DNA of 64,000 bases, taken from NCBI GenBank assembly GCA_964016885.1, contig OZ024741.1, positions 370,760,001 through 370,824,000 on the forward strand, given 5' to 3'. The translations under genes were made by a program, and so were the position numbers. Of the stretch, positions 1 to 15,395 are shown piece after piece (within the stretch, counting starts at the first letter, position 1; the number at the start of each line of letters is the position of its first letter). The notes beneath the pieces were generated by a model. It saw only the letters and a list, made by a program, of their open reading frames with translations. It was not told where the DNA came from and did not search any database. The stretch is from Eledone cirrhosa. Taxonomy: Eukaryota.

Positions 1-360
1 GGTGGTGGTGGCGGTGGTGGTGGCGGTGGTGGTGGTGATGGTGGCGGTTGTGGTGGTGGTGGTGGTGTTGGTGATGGTGGTGGTGTTGGTGGCGGTGGTG
101 GCGGTTGTGGTGGTGGTGGTGGTGTTGGTGATGGTGGTGGTGTTGGTGGCGGTGGTGGTGGTGTGGTGGTGATGGTGGTGGTGATGGTGGTGGTGGTGGT
201 CGTGGTGGTGGTGGTGGTGTTGGTGATGGTGGTGGTGTTGGTGGCGGTGGTGGTGATGTGGTGGTGATGGTGGTGGTGATGGTGGTGGTGGTCGTCGTGG
301 TGGTGGTGATGGTGGTGGTCGTGGTGGTGGTGATGGTGGTGGTGGTGGTGGTGGTGATGA
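1..360. repeat. (GGT)n degenerate microsatellite
   Basis: Direct reading; GGT with GAT/GTT/GGC variants. Confidence 0.95.
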
Positions 361-642
361 TACTGCTGTTGTTACCATTACAGAGGGTGGTGTTGGAGGT
401 AATGCAGGGGAAGAGGAGAGAAGTATCATTTTTTTCCCCTCGGTCAAACAAATCTCATTGGTTTTTAAGCGTTCTGTCACGCGACATCCTCAAAGTTGAA
501 AGGCAATGACATCATGAATGGATTGTCAACATCATTGTCATCGTTTGTGGTCTTCCACATCCTCCTCCTCCTCCTATCCTACTCCTACTCCCCCTCCCCC
601 TCCAACTCCTTCACCAATCCTTTTCTCAACATCATTATCTTT

Positions 643-824
643 TGGCAGTATCGGTTGCGGGTCGGACGCCATGCTTTGCAGCATAGAGTTGCGGCCCTTT
701 ACGATCTGAGTTCAAATCCCGCCGAGGTTAACTTTGCCTTTCATCATTACGGGGTCGATAAACTAAAGTACCAGTAATGAACTGGGGTAATTGCTGGCCT
801 TGTACCAAAAATAGAAACAATTAT
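643..824 (+). mobile_element. tRNA-derived SINE, copy 1
   Basis: Pol III A-box-like TGGCAGTATCGG, B-box GAGTTCAAATCCC, central TTTGCCTTTCATC..GGGGTCGATAAA..AGTACCAG, ATT tail; TSD ATTATCTTT at 634-642 and 820-828; five other close copies in the window. Confidence 0.88.
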
Positions 825-1087
825 CTTTATCTTCATTTGCATGTTGTCGTTTTCATTATCACAACCATCAGCGTCATCACCAACATTGTCGTCGTTGTCG
901 TCATCAACACTGTCATTATCGCCATCATCATCATCATCATCATCATGGTCCTTATAGCCATCATCATCATCGTCATCGGGCACGGCAATTAAGGAAGGAA
1001 TAAAATAAGCAATTATGAAGTGAGAAGTGATATAAAGCCAAACTCTAAATTTTATGAAATAAGATGATGTGGCTTTCATGCATTTCT

Positions 1088-1161
<74 letters not shown>

Positions 1162-1359
1162 TAAAAGGAATTCCAACTTTGTCTGATTTACTCGTTTTAT
1201 TTACAATCCTTTAAAATTTATAATGGTATTATAATGAAATAGTATGGTAGAATATTAAATGTTAAGTGTTCATATCTTCAGGTTCATATTGTGTGGTGAC
1301 AGTCAAGTTTGCAATTTTCAACTGTTGAAAATTGCAAACTTGACTGTCACCACACAATA

Positions 1360-1398
1360 TGAACCTGAAGATTGCGAAAGCATGAAAGTACTTGTTCA
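1360..1398 (+). ncRNA. Minimal type I hammerhead ribozyme
   Basis: TGAAC-CTGAAGA-T-TGC(GAAA)GCA-T-GAAA-GTAC-TT-GTTCA: stem I TGAAC/GTTCA, core CUGANGA/GAAA, palindromic stem III AGTACT. Confidence 0.7.
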
Positions 1399-1883
1399 AT
1401 TAACACTTAACATTTAATATTCTACCATACTATTTCATTATAATACCATTATAAATTTTAAAGGATTGTAAATAAAACGAGTAAATCAGACAAAGTTGGA
1501 ATTCCTTTTATTAATATAATCTTCTATACACAATCATACACACCTGTGTATATTTATCTTCCCAAGTCAAGCGATTAACCAGTTAATTTTTTTTGGCTTT
1601 TTAGTTAATTCTATTGACTGATTAATCGCTTAAGTTTATTTTAAAAACAACTCAGTAGAGAGCTTAATTCGTTTTGTGCGGTTTTTGCAAATTTTTTGCA
1701 ATAACTACACATGCTGAATTCACTGGCCAAAATAGGGGTTTTCTCTCCTTAGATTCTCACATGTGCTTTCATAACCTGCGAGATTCTGGCGAAAGAAGAA
1801 CAAAAACCCGTTGAGAAAGCGATGCCTTGTTCGATCATTATACCAAAAGCTTATTTTTTATAAGCAGACAGTATTATTGATTT

Positions 1884-2066
1884 GGATTGGCAGTATCGGT
1901 AGAGGGTCGGACGCCATGCTTTCCAGTATAGTTACGTCCCTTTACGATCTGAGTTCAAATCCCGCCGAGGTTGACTTTGCCTTTCATCCTTACGGGGTCG
2001 ATAAAATAAAGTACCAGTAATGCACTGGATAATTGCTGGCCTTGTGCCTAAAGTAGAAACAATTAT
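1884..2066 (+). mobile_element. tRNA-derived SINE, copy 2
   Basis: Near-identical to 45972-46174; TSD ATTATTGATTT at 1873-1883 and 2062-2072. Confidence 0.9.
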
Positions 2067-2343
2067 TGATTTAGGTGTTGCAGAAACCCAATTTCGGAGT
2101 ATTCCATCTTCCCCGAGGGTCCGGGTAAATATTTCAATCATATCTCATTTTGTTTGACCCGTTTAGCTTGTTCGCTTTTTTGGCTTAGGTGGTTAATGGC
2201 TTCTTAACCATCGTCTCAGCGTGTATGACCATTTTAACTTATGTTTATAGCTCTGGTATCTTCTTCATATCCATGGAGCGCTTGTCTGCACAATATGGAA
2301 GTTGCGTTTCGCTAATTTCTACCCGCCGAAATGCGATTCTCGC

Positions 2344-2344
<1 letters not shown>

Positions 2345-2381
<37 letters not shown>

Positions 2382-2392
2382 TATATATATAT

Positions 2393-2457
<65 letters not shown>

Positions 2458-2904
2458 GATAGATGTGCGTGTGTGCCTCTGTGTGTGTGTCTGTGTGTGT
2501 CTGTGTGTGTGTCTCTGTGTGTGTATGTGTGTGTGTCTCTGTGTGTGTATGTGTTAGTGTATGCGTGTAACACAAGTAGAACAAGGGAGCATACTATTTA
2601 ACAGATTGGAGGTTTAAAAAACGTAAACAAAAAGTGAAAAGGGCGAAAAAAGTGAAAAAAGACATATATTCATTAAAACACGATGTGTCCCAGTGGAAAT
2701 ATTTGCGTGCAATGGAGAGAGAAGAGAAAGATCTAAGCACCACATTAAAATATTTAGATTAAGGAAGAAAATCGTAAGGGAAAATGAGAAAAATGTTTGG
2801 AGAGTATCAAGTTGAGGAACACGTGTTTCAAATAGTTACATGTATACATATATACACACGCACATATATATATATATGTGTATATATATATATATATATG
2901 TGTA

Positions 2905-2935
<31 letters not shown>

Positions 2936-3078
2936 ATGTATGTATGTATGTATGTATACATATATATATATATACATATAGATATATACATATACATATA
3001 TGTGTATATATATACATATGTATATGTACATATATATATATAGAGAGAGAGATAGATAAATAGATAGATAGATAGATA
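2345..3078. repeat. Compound microsatellites (TA, GA, TG, TATG, GATA) with a short unique spacer
   Basis: Direct reading. Confidence 0.85.
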
Positions 3079-3080
3079 TG

Positions 3081-3335
3081 TTTCTTTATTAACCACAGGG
3101 GCACAAAAGAAGGGGACAAATACAAAGGGGGAAGTTTACATACAATAAAAACGTGTAAAATACTATCACAAATGCAATTTAAAAATTAATCGATTTTCTC
3201 CAATAGGGGAGACATTACATATGGGTAACACATACCCCCGAAAAAAAATGTGCAACCCTCATCTCCAGGAGTACGAAGAGTGAGTACCCCTTTCCTCTCT
3301 TCCTCTTTTTCCTCAACCTACAGGCTGATATAGAG
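3081..3335 (-). mobile_element. 5'-truncated L1/Tx1-type LINE 3' UTR in (GATA)n
   Basis: Homologous to 3511-3760; minus-strand end CCCCTGTGGTTAATAAAGAAA matches the Tx1 end at 51917-51937. Confidence 0.75.
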
Positions 3336-3433
3336 ATATATAGATAGATACACACACACATATATACTCACACACAGTTAGATGGTTAGATGTAGATATA
3401 TATATATATAGAGAGAGATAGATAGATAGATAT

Positions 3434-3496
<63 letters not shown>

Positions 3497-3510
3497 GATA
3501 GATAGATAAA

Positions 3511-3946
3511 TTTCTTTATTAGCCACAAGGGCACAAAAGAAGGGGACAAATACAAATGGGGAGTTTACATACAGGTATATGAAAATAAAACTATTAATAA
3601 AATAAGAAATAACAATTGAAATCCCCAATAGGGGGGAGGTGTTACACGGGTTGTACACACCCCGAAAAAATGTACAACCGTCATCTCCAGGAGCACCAAG
3701 AGTTAGTACCCCCTTCTTCTCTTCCTCTTTTTCCTCAACCTACAGGCTTATATAGAGAGAAGGCCCAACCACTCGGGCCATCTTTGCCATATTCACCCAC
3801 CTTTTATAAAATTTGCTGGGGTACAGCACCTCTCTCTCCATCCTGATTCTTCTTCCAAAATGATATTTGAAAAAACGAATCAGTTGTTCGGCGGAGAGAA
3901 AGGTGTCTGACCTCAGCCCTTTTAACCTCGTCCACCATATAACCTC
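3511..3946 (-). mobile_element. 5'-truncated L1/Tx1-type LINE (ORF2 C-terminus plus 3' UTR) in (GATA)n
   Basis: 3946-3740 translates to EVIWWTRLKGLRSDTFLSAEQLIRFFKYHFGRRIRMEREVLYPSKFYKRWVNMAKMARVVGPSLYISL*, which aligns with the C-terminus of ORF 48596-51688 (IVWWTRLKGL..FFKYHLKRKIRVDREVL..RWV..ARMARVNGP). Confidence 0.88.
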
Positions 3947-4159
3947 ATAGATAGGTAAGTTGGTAGGTAGGTAAAATGATACAAGTATATATATTAAAAT
4001 ACATAATTATAGTTGTGTGTGTGTGTATGTGTGTGTGTTTACGCCAATAAACTAAGTACTATTGTCGATAATAGAGACTAAATCCTAGGAGGCAATCTCC
4101 CAGCAAGGTCACAATCTAATGACTGAAGGCAGTAAAACGACAAAAAAATAAACTAAAAT

Positions 4160-4225
4160 AAACATACATATATATAAACATACATACATATATACAAACA
4201 AACAGATGCATACATACCTAAAAAC

Positions 4226-4256
<31 letters not shown>

Positions 4257-4764
4257 CATACATACATACATACATACAAACTTACATACATACATATATA
4301 CATATTTACATACATACACACATACATGTATGCATACATACATGCATATATACATACAGACATGTATGCATGCATATATACATACATACATAACATACAT
4401 ACATGCATGTATACATTATATATATGCATACATATATAGATACATGCATTCATACATACATACATGCATACAAACATACATGCAAACATACATACATACA
4501 TACAAACATACATTCATACATACATATATACATACAAACATACATACATACTTACAAACATACATACACACATACATTAAAACATACATAGATACTTACA
4601 TACATACATACACACATACATACAAACATACATACATATATACAAACATACATACATACATACAAACATACAAACATACAAACATACATACATACATACA
4701 AACATACATACATACATATATACAAACATACATACATACATACAAACATACATACATACATACA

Positions 4765-4798
<34 letters not shown>

Positions 4799-4940
4799 CA
4801 AACATACATACGTACTTACATACATACATACAGACATATATACAAACATACTTACATACATACATACAAACATACAAACATACATACAAACATACATCCA
4901 TACATATATTCCACATATTTACGTGTATATATGTATGAGA
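4160..4940. repeat. (TACA)n degenerate microsatellite
   Basis: Direct reading. Confidence 0.95.
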
Positions 4941-5211
4941 CTGCAATGATTTATATTTCTACTCAATATAGTTATATACACACACAAATATACACATGCA
5001 TATATACAATTCGACACCCTCTACACACATATATATCCAATTATAGAAATATTTTAAGCCACCTTCACCACCACCAATAAATCTGGTCCCTAGATCCCTA
5101 AGCTGTGATTTCAGGATGACCCCTTCTCAATAGCTAAGGTTAGAGACACAGTGGTCAGCTGAATCCCATTTTAATGTGTTCTATTGTACTGATTTTTATT
5201 AATGACCAATG

Positions 5212-5763
5212 CATTCATCATAGCAATCACCATCACCATCATCATCACCATCATCACCATCACCATCACCATCATCACCATCACCATCACCATCACCATC
5301 ATCACCATCACCATCACCATCATCACCATCACCATCACCATCACCATCATCATCACCATCATCACCATCACCATCACCATCATCATCACCATCACCATCA
5401 CCATCACCATCATCACCATCACCATCATCATCATCATCACCATCACCATCACCATCATCATCACCATCATCACCATCATCACCATCACCATCACCATCAC
5501 CATCATCATCACCATCACCATCACCATCACCATCATCACCATCATCATCACCATCACCATCATCATCACCATCATCAGCATCATCACCATCACCATCACC
5601 ATCATCATCATCATCAACACCATCAGCATCATCATCATCATCATCATCACCATCATCATCATCATCGTCATCAGCATCATGATGGTCATCATCATCAACT
5701 TCATCATCATCGTAACAATCATCATCGTAACAATCATCGTAACAATCAACAATTATCATCAGC

Positions 5764-5816
<53 letters not shown>

Positions 5817-6290
5817 AATCCTCCTCCTCCTCATCATCATCATCATCATCATCACCATCATCATCATCACCATCATCATCATAACAATCAACATGATCAT
5901 CATCATCATCATCCTTATCATCATCATCATCTTCCTCATAATCATCATCATCATCATCATCATCTTCTCCATCATCAGCTTCCTCATAATCATCATCATC
6001 ATCATCCTTATCATCATCATCACCATCGCCATCATCATCATATCATCATCACCGTCACCTTCATCATCGTCATCGCACCCGCCACCATAACCATCATCAT
6101 CATCATTTCTATCATTCCCATCACCATCATTACCCTCATCCTTATTATCGCCATCATCATCATCATCATCTTCATCATCATTATCATCATCATCAATATT
6201 ATCACAATCATCATCATCATCATCACTTTCATCACCATTATCATCATCATCATCACGACCATCATCATCATCATCACTTTCATCATCATT

Positions 6291-6327
<37 letters not shown>

Positions 6328-6382
6328 ACATCATCAGTATCATCATCATCATCACTTTCATCATCATCATTGTCGTCATCAA
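5212..6382. repeat. (CAT/CAC)n trinucleotide array
   Basis: Direct reading; source of the poly-H/I/D/M ORFs. Confidence 0.95.
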
Positions 6383-6613
6383 TAACCAATTAATGCCATG
6401 AACACAAATGTCCCCAGTTGTGTAGTGACGTCATCAATATTCAATCACTGCCATTAACATCAATGTCGCGTATGTCACCGATAAATATGAGAGCTTCTAC
6501 GTGATTGCTTGTCTCTCTAGTAATCACAAACAAATCCTACAACATGGCCACATTATCTGAGCAATGTATGTAGCCGCTCGGTTTCATCAGTTAATTTTCT
6601 GGTAATTCTGCCT

Positions 6614-6968
6614 CAAATATTCCAATAATTTAATAGAAAATGAAAAAAATAGATTGAGAAGAAAGAATGGAAAGTAAAATAAGAAAATATAAAAACGGAA
6701 AAGGAAGGGCAAGGCGAGGGCTCTAATGATACAGAAGAATGTGGAGGGAGAAGGCGAGGATGATGGGCTCTGGCCCTAGGGCGTCCGCGGACAAGACTAC
6801 AAAAGCATTCCCGTGGACAATGGTCAGCGACACCCGCTGCAACAGCCACCCCACCTCGCAGGGCTCCTTCTTCAGACGGGCTGCTGACGTTCCGATCTTG
6901 CGGAGGAACTCAGCAGTACGGGGTCCAAGTAAGCCCGAGGTCTCGATGATGACAGGTGCGAAGGAGTT
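6614..6968 (-). mobile_element. CRE-clade non-LTR retrotransposon 3' fragment (RLE C-terminus), frameshifted
   Basis: Minus strand reads FAPVIIETSGLLG/RTAEFLRKIG..EPCEVGWLLQRVSLTIVHGNAFVVL, matching the CRE C-terminal pattern F.P...ET.G..G....FL..IG...QR.S....GNA. Confidence 0.7.
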
Positions 6969-7624
6969 TCAGAATCTATATTCATTTGGAAAAAAAGTGA
7001 TTGGAAATTTAATTTTTGTTCTGTTTCTTTTTAAGCACACGTCGAGTAAGAATTGGTTGAATGTATATTATATTTAATGTCATGTAAGGCTTCACCCTGC
7101 TACTAGTACCATATAACCCTGTACAACCTGCTTCATGGTCGAATAGTCGGCGACAAAGCCGGCTTCCCCGGTAGAATAAGTAGGGTCTGATAAGTAGGGT
7201 AAATGGAAATCCAACAACACAAAAAAACAAGCACTGTTATGACTCATCCCCCCTAACCTGCAATTGGCCAATCGTGGTGAATACGACTACACGCCTGACG
7301 TGATAAAACCTAACATAAAGCGGTAGAGGTCAACCAGGGAAGGGTTCCTCCAGCATAAGTGAGTAGGCCCTGGATTGGATTAAATATAATATTTAGTATT
7401 GTTAGCTTAATTGTCTGGTGTTCCCCGAACGGTGTCTATCATCAGCCCAGCCATACCTCCCTCCCTCCCCGATACAAAGGAATGAGTAACTATATATTAT
7501 ATTTAGTGAAGGGTAGACAACATTGGTAGAGCCTCGGCTATGCCGCCATTGTCTTTACATTCTACAGTCCTACTCCACTGGCTTGGACTCCTTTAATCAT
7601 CAGCACTAACAACAACATTCAGAA

Positions 7625-8375
7625 AAATAATCAATATCCAATCAGACAATAATCAATACACAATTTGTCAGTAATAAATAACTAAACAGAGAAAATCAAT
7701 CTGTACCCAACAGCCAATAAGGCAATAAACAGAAAAATAATCAGTAGCCAATCAATCGATAATCAATAACCAATCAATCAATAATCTATAACCAATCCGT
7801 CGATAATCAATAGTCATTCCACCAATAATCAATAATCTATCAGTCGATAATCAATAACCAATCAGTCAATAATCAATAGCCATTCAGTCAATGATCAATA
7901 ATCAATCAGTCAATAATCAATAGTCATTCCATCAATAATCAATAATCAATCAGTCGATAAACAATAGCCAATCAGTAAATAATCAATAACCAATCAGTCA
8001 ATAATCAATAACCAATCAGTAAATAATCAATAATCAATCAGTCAATAATCAATAACCAATCAGTCAATAACCAATAATGAATAATCAATCAGTCGATAAC
8101 CAATGGCCAATCAGTCGATAATCAATAGCCAATCAATCAATAATCAATAATTAATCATTCAATAATCAATAACCAATCAGTCAATATTCATTAGCCAATC
8201 AGTCAATAAACTATAGCCAATCAGTCAGTGATCAATAGCCAATCAGTCAGTAATCAATAACCAATCACTTAATATTAGATAATCAATCAAACTGAGAAAC
8301 AGACAATACTCAATAGCAAATCAAACAATAATCGAAAACTGATCAAAGAAATAATCAATAACCAATCAGACTAAG
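7625..8375. repeat. Degenerate 22-bp minisatellite (TAATCAATARCCAATCAGTCAA)
   Basis: Repeated units visible at about 22-nt spacing. Confidence 0.85.
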
Positions 8376-8589
8376 AATCAATATCAAATTCAATTTAAAA
8401 TAAAAACAATTTCAATAAACATTTTGTTAAATTAAACGAAATAACTGTTGAACAATCGATAAACATGTAAATAAATGAATTTATTAATCAAAGCTAAAGA
8501 AGGAACTCAAAATGGCGGCACTATTAAATTTGCGGTGTTGTGGAAAGGGGAACATTTTAACATAGATATAAGATTTCTTATCAAATATT

Positions 8590-9200
8590 GAACAGAGAGG
8601 AAGCAGGAAAGAGGGGGTGATAGAGGGGAGAGAGAAATAAGGTGTAGTCTAGAGAGAGGGGGGTAGGGAGAGAGTGTGAGTTAGGAGAGAGAGTGTTAGG
8701 GAGGGGGCGAGTTAGGGACAGAAAGTATTTAAGGAGAGAGAGTGGAGAGAGTGAGGGAGAGAGAGAGAGCTAGGGAGAGAGACGGAGAGAGAGAGAGATC
8801 TAGGGAGAGAGAGAGTGAAGGAAACATAGTGTGTTGGGAGAGAGAGTGGAGGGGAGAGTGAGCGAGAAAGAGTGTTAGGAAGAGAGACCTAGGGAGAGAG
8901 AGTGTTAAGGAGAGAGAGATTTAGGGAGAGAGGGAGTGAAGGAAAGAGAGTGTGTTAGGTGAGAGAGAGAATGAAAGAGCGATAATAAAGGAGAAACAGA
9001 ATGAAGGAGAGAGATAGTGTTAGGAGAGAAAGAGAATAAAGGAGAGAGAGAGTGAGGGAGACAGAGTGTGTTACGAGGGAGAGATAGTGAGGGAGAGAGA
9101 GAATAAAGGAGAGAGAGAGTGAGGGAGAGAGTGTTCAGAGAGAGAGTGGGATAGAGAGAGAATGAAAGAGAGAGAGAGAGTGAGGTAGAGAGAGAGAGAT
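8590..9200. repeat. GA-rich low-complexity tract
   Basis: Direct reading. Confidence 0.85.
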
Positions 9201-9364
9201 AAGGTGTAATGTAGATCAAGATAGTTAACTTAGACAACAATACATATTGTCTCACAGATTTCCCTTTTACTTACATCTGTCGTTAATTTAATTAAAAACT
9301 TGTCACACCTGCTTATATCTTATTTACTTACTGGCTGAACAAGAACAACATACATTACCACATA

Positions 9365-11820
<2,456 letters not shown>

Positions 11821-12720
11821 GTATGTGTTCTCATTTCTATGTCTTTTCAACCTCCTTCTCTAACACCATTTAACATCAGCCCCCACCTCCAACCCTATCC
11901 CCCTCACCCACATTCACCTCTTTCTAATTACTCAGGCTTATCTCCCCTTGTACCACTGTTAACAATCTCAACCAAATTATTCATTTATACCTCATTATGC
12001 TTCATTGTAATTACCTTTTGTTTCGACTCCTTGTTGGTGGTGGGGGTATTAGTGATGGTGATGATGGCGGTGGTGGTGGTGGTGGTGGTGGTTGTGTTGG
12101 TGGTGGGGGGTTTTACGATGGGGGAGGAGAAGGAATGGTATGACTTATGACGAGGACAATGTTGGAGGGGTAGCTATTTTGAGAAAGAGAGACACAATGG
12201 GGAGTGGCTACGGTTGTGTTGTGACGGCAGTGATGTTGATGGTGGTGGTGGTGGTGATGGCGGTGGTGGTGGTGGTGGTGGTGGTGGTGGTGGTAGTGGT
12301 GGTGGTGGTGGTGGTGGTGGTGGTGGTGGTGATGGCGTGGTGGTGGTATGGTGATGGTGGGGATGTTTGGAAAGTCGTCACTCATAACCTGACAATCTAT
12401 ATTATCTAGGCTGTCCAGAAATTTCAAACAATTGATCCTAATAGAGTTATCGTTCTTGATTGTTTTAAACACCCCAGGAAGGAGGTCGTCCACTATTTGC
12501 TTGTATAATCTGAGTTACTCCAAGTTTTTCAATTCATTCTATTATATTTTAGTGAGACCCTACTATATGTGTATTCAATATACAAAAGACTTTCTTATGC
12601 TATCCCAACGCCACCTGCCATATTGTAGATATTCATAATCAGCACTACTCTATCGCTATGTACGTATTGCAATTCCATCCCGCCCGTCCCCTCAGTCTAT
12701 CTTATTTCTCATTCTTTCTT

Positions 12721-12752
12721 CTGATGAAGGACTAGCGTCCGAAACATTATGA
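12721..12752 (+). ncRNA. Hammerhead-like motif in a probable PLE pLTR fragment (about 12390-12840)
   Basis: CTGATGA-A-GGAC(TAGC)GTCC-GAAAC; stems I and III appear degenerate; fragment ends in (TA)n. Confidence 0.6.
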
Positions 12753-12844
12753 CCCTCTTCCTGCTATATCAAGCGTTAACCTAATATATCCCTCCCATAT
12801 ACTGTACCGATTGTGTTGTTATTTCTGTTTACCTTTTACATACA

Positions 12845-12896
<52 letters not shown>

Positions 12897-12934
12897 TGTA
12901 TGTTTATAATATATATATGTATGTATGTTTATAT

Positions 12935-13078
<144 letters not shown>

Positions 13079-13129
13079 TGGATATACATATATATAGATA
13101 GATAGATATATATTCTGCTCGTCGATCTC

Positions 13130-14445
13130 AATGCGATCATTCGATAGTCCTGATGTACGCAATCTGGTTGGATTTTAGATACGTTGCGAATCAAATTCCT
13201 GGATTTCCCCAAGGGGCTTATACCGCAACGACGGTCTGACCCTATCGAGCCATAAAAGTGGTCATGAAATAGACTGATTTAGGAAAAAGCTGATAGCCAC
13301 ATTCAATGAGTTAGGACTTAAGATCACTGTAGCCACAAATCTGACTAGCCTAAATTATTTAGACATCAACCTAGACCTTTGCACACACACACACATTCAG
13401 ACCTTTCCACAAGCTTAATGAAAAGTTAACTGATATAACACAATACTCATGTCACCCACCTACATTCTTTAAAAACATCAGTACTAGGATGTCTAACCTT
13501 TCTTCTAACAAGGCTATCTTTTATAGAGCAGCACATTACTATAACACTGCGTTAGCCAACAACGGCTTCTTCGATAAAATGTCTTACTCCCCTCCTAATG
13601 ACACTACAAGTAGAAAGAAAAAGACAAATTTTTTAATAATTTGGTTCTTTCCACCTTTCTCGCGTGGAATAGAAATAATGTAGGTAAGAAATTCTTGGCA
13701 CTTCTAGACAAACACTTTCCTATCGGACATAAATGCTGGCCTATCTTTAACAGACACAGGGTGAAACTCGGATATTCCTCTGCTAAAATATGAAAACCCA
13801 CATAATCGCCAACCACAAGAGCTCTTCCCCACCCGGATGTTCTTGCAGAAAGCCCAAATCATGCCCTCTGCAACAACAGTGTAATATACCCGCCTCAGTC
13901 GTCTATGAGGCTAAAGTTACATCCACTCGACCGAATCAACAGCAAGAGGTCAAAACATATGTAGGTATGTCGGTGGGTCAGTTTAAAGAACGCTTCCTAA
14001 ACCATCAGACGACCTTTGGGCACTCTGATAAGAGATCGTCCACGAAGTTGGCAGACCATGTATGATCAATCAAGGATGCAGATGCAAATTTCTCCATTCA
14101 CTGGAAAGATCTAACCAAATCCAGGTCATACAGAATCCTGTAAGTCTTGCAGAGGTTACGTAACAGTACTTGCCTTAACACGAGAGACGACTTTTTTTTT
14201 TAAATCGCTGCTCCCATGCTGCGAAATTTCTGTTACATAACGGGAAGGACCCATGATAACCAGAAGTTTAACCCGGACTATACTAACACAAACGTCCACC
14301 CCACCCTCACCCCCATGCAACATTATAATTTAAGTTGTCTCCCTAGTCATCTAACTATCGTCATCTGCCGCGCAGAATCCTACCAGCTCATATATACTTC
14401 CGTTCTAGACGTCCTCGAATATAGGTCTGCTAATTTGTTGTGAAA
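13130..14445 (+). mobile_element. Penelope-like element, degenerate RT C-terminus plus GIY-YIG endonuclease (resembles the Hydra clade)
   Basis: GLYRNDGL (from YRDDGL), LNYLDINLDL, IIWFFPPFS..VGKKFLALLDKHFP, CSCRKPKSC (CxCx5C), VVYEAKV...YVG..FKERFLNH; multiple frameshifts and stops. Confidence 0.8.
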
Positions 14446-14500
14446 CTAACTCTCCCCCCTCTCTCTCTATATATATATATATATTTAAATATATATATAC

Positions 14501-14567
<67 letters not shown>

Positions 14568-14694
14568 AAATGTTTTTACAATTTGGTTTTAAGGATCAAA
14601 TCCACTCCATTACTACATTGTCTAATTTGTTCAAATATTGCAATCAATTGAGCTAATTGGAATTATCTTCCTTGCTTGATTTTAGTTTTTAAAT

Positions 14695-14915
14695 CGCCTT
14701 AGTGGTTAGGCTGTTGGGCAAATGATGTTAATGTTGTGGGTTTGATTCCTGAACCGGTTGGCATGTGGGGTCTTCAGCAATACATATGATTTGCTCGACT
14801 GAAAATATAGTAATAGCACCAACAGCAGCTGGGATTTAGCTCTGCAATGGACTGGAGTTTTGTCTACGGCAGAGCATCGACCTGATGAGCTTCCTGTTTA
14901 GGAACAGACTTTAAC
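14695..14915 (+). mobile_element. Old tRNA-derived SINE of a second family
   Basis: A-box-like CCTTAGTGGTTAG and B-box-like GGTTTGATTCC, degenerate body. Confidence 0.45.
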
Positions 14916-15040
14916 CTGTTCATCTTTAAAGAGAGGAATATTTAGAACCTAAACCCTTGTTGAAGTTAAAGTAAGCCCTTAACTCCTTGTTGCGTTTGGA
15001 AAATCTGTTTGATATCAATTGTCTCATCTAGGGGGGCATG

Positions 15041-15156
15041 CCATCATCATCATCATCATCACCCTCATCATCATCGTCATCGTCATCATCATCATCACCA
15101 TCGTCATCATCATCACCACCATCATCATCATGCTCATCATCATCGTCGCTGTGATT

Positions 15157-15190
<34 letters not shown>

Positions 15191-15395
15191 CCGTGTTACG
15201 TCTATTTCCCGTGCTTCCATGGGTTAGGTGTATTACCCCATTCTGAAGCCAGACAGATCAGGTAACTGTATCACTCTCATAAGTTTCATCGTGGTATAGT
15301 TTCTACTGCTTCCTAACGCCAAACACTTCATGGCCTATACCGGGTGCATTTACCGTGGCACCACCACTACCACCACTACCTAAAAAACGACTGGG
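15041..15395 (-). mobile_element. Degenerate retroposon 3' end with (GAT)n tail (RTE-associated type)
   Basis: (CAT)n run abutting GTTACGTCTATTTCC..CATGGGTTAGG and TTCCTAACGCCAA..GGGTGC motifs; recognised from memory of cephalopod repeats, not verified. Confidence 0.4.

Larger units (their letters stand above)
1154..2345 (+). mobile_element. Probable Penelope-like element terminal region (inverted pLTR duplication plus extension), flanked by (TA)n, with SINE insertion
   Basis: Palindrome with arms 1154-1322 and 1324-1518, hammerhead motif in the right arm, (TA)n on both sides. Inverted terminal duplication plus minimal HHR is the established PLE architecture; no PLE ORF is visible. Confidence 0.6.

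Noticed and set aside
5171-6401. Poly-His, Asp, Ile and Met ORFs
   Set aside because: Frames of a CAT/CAC microsatellite with no domain or splice evidence.
14880-14910. CTGATGAG hammerhead candidate
   Set aside because: No GAAA after the stem; it lies in the 3' part of an old SINE.
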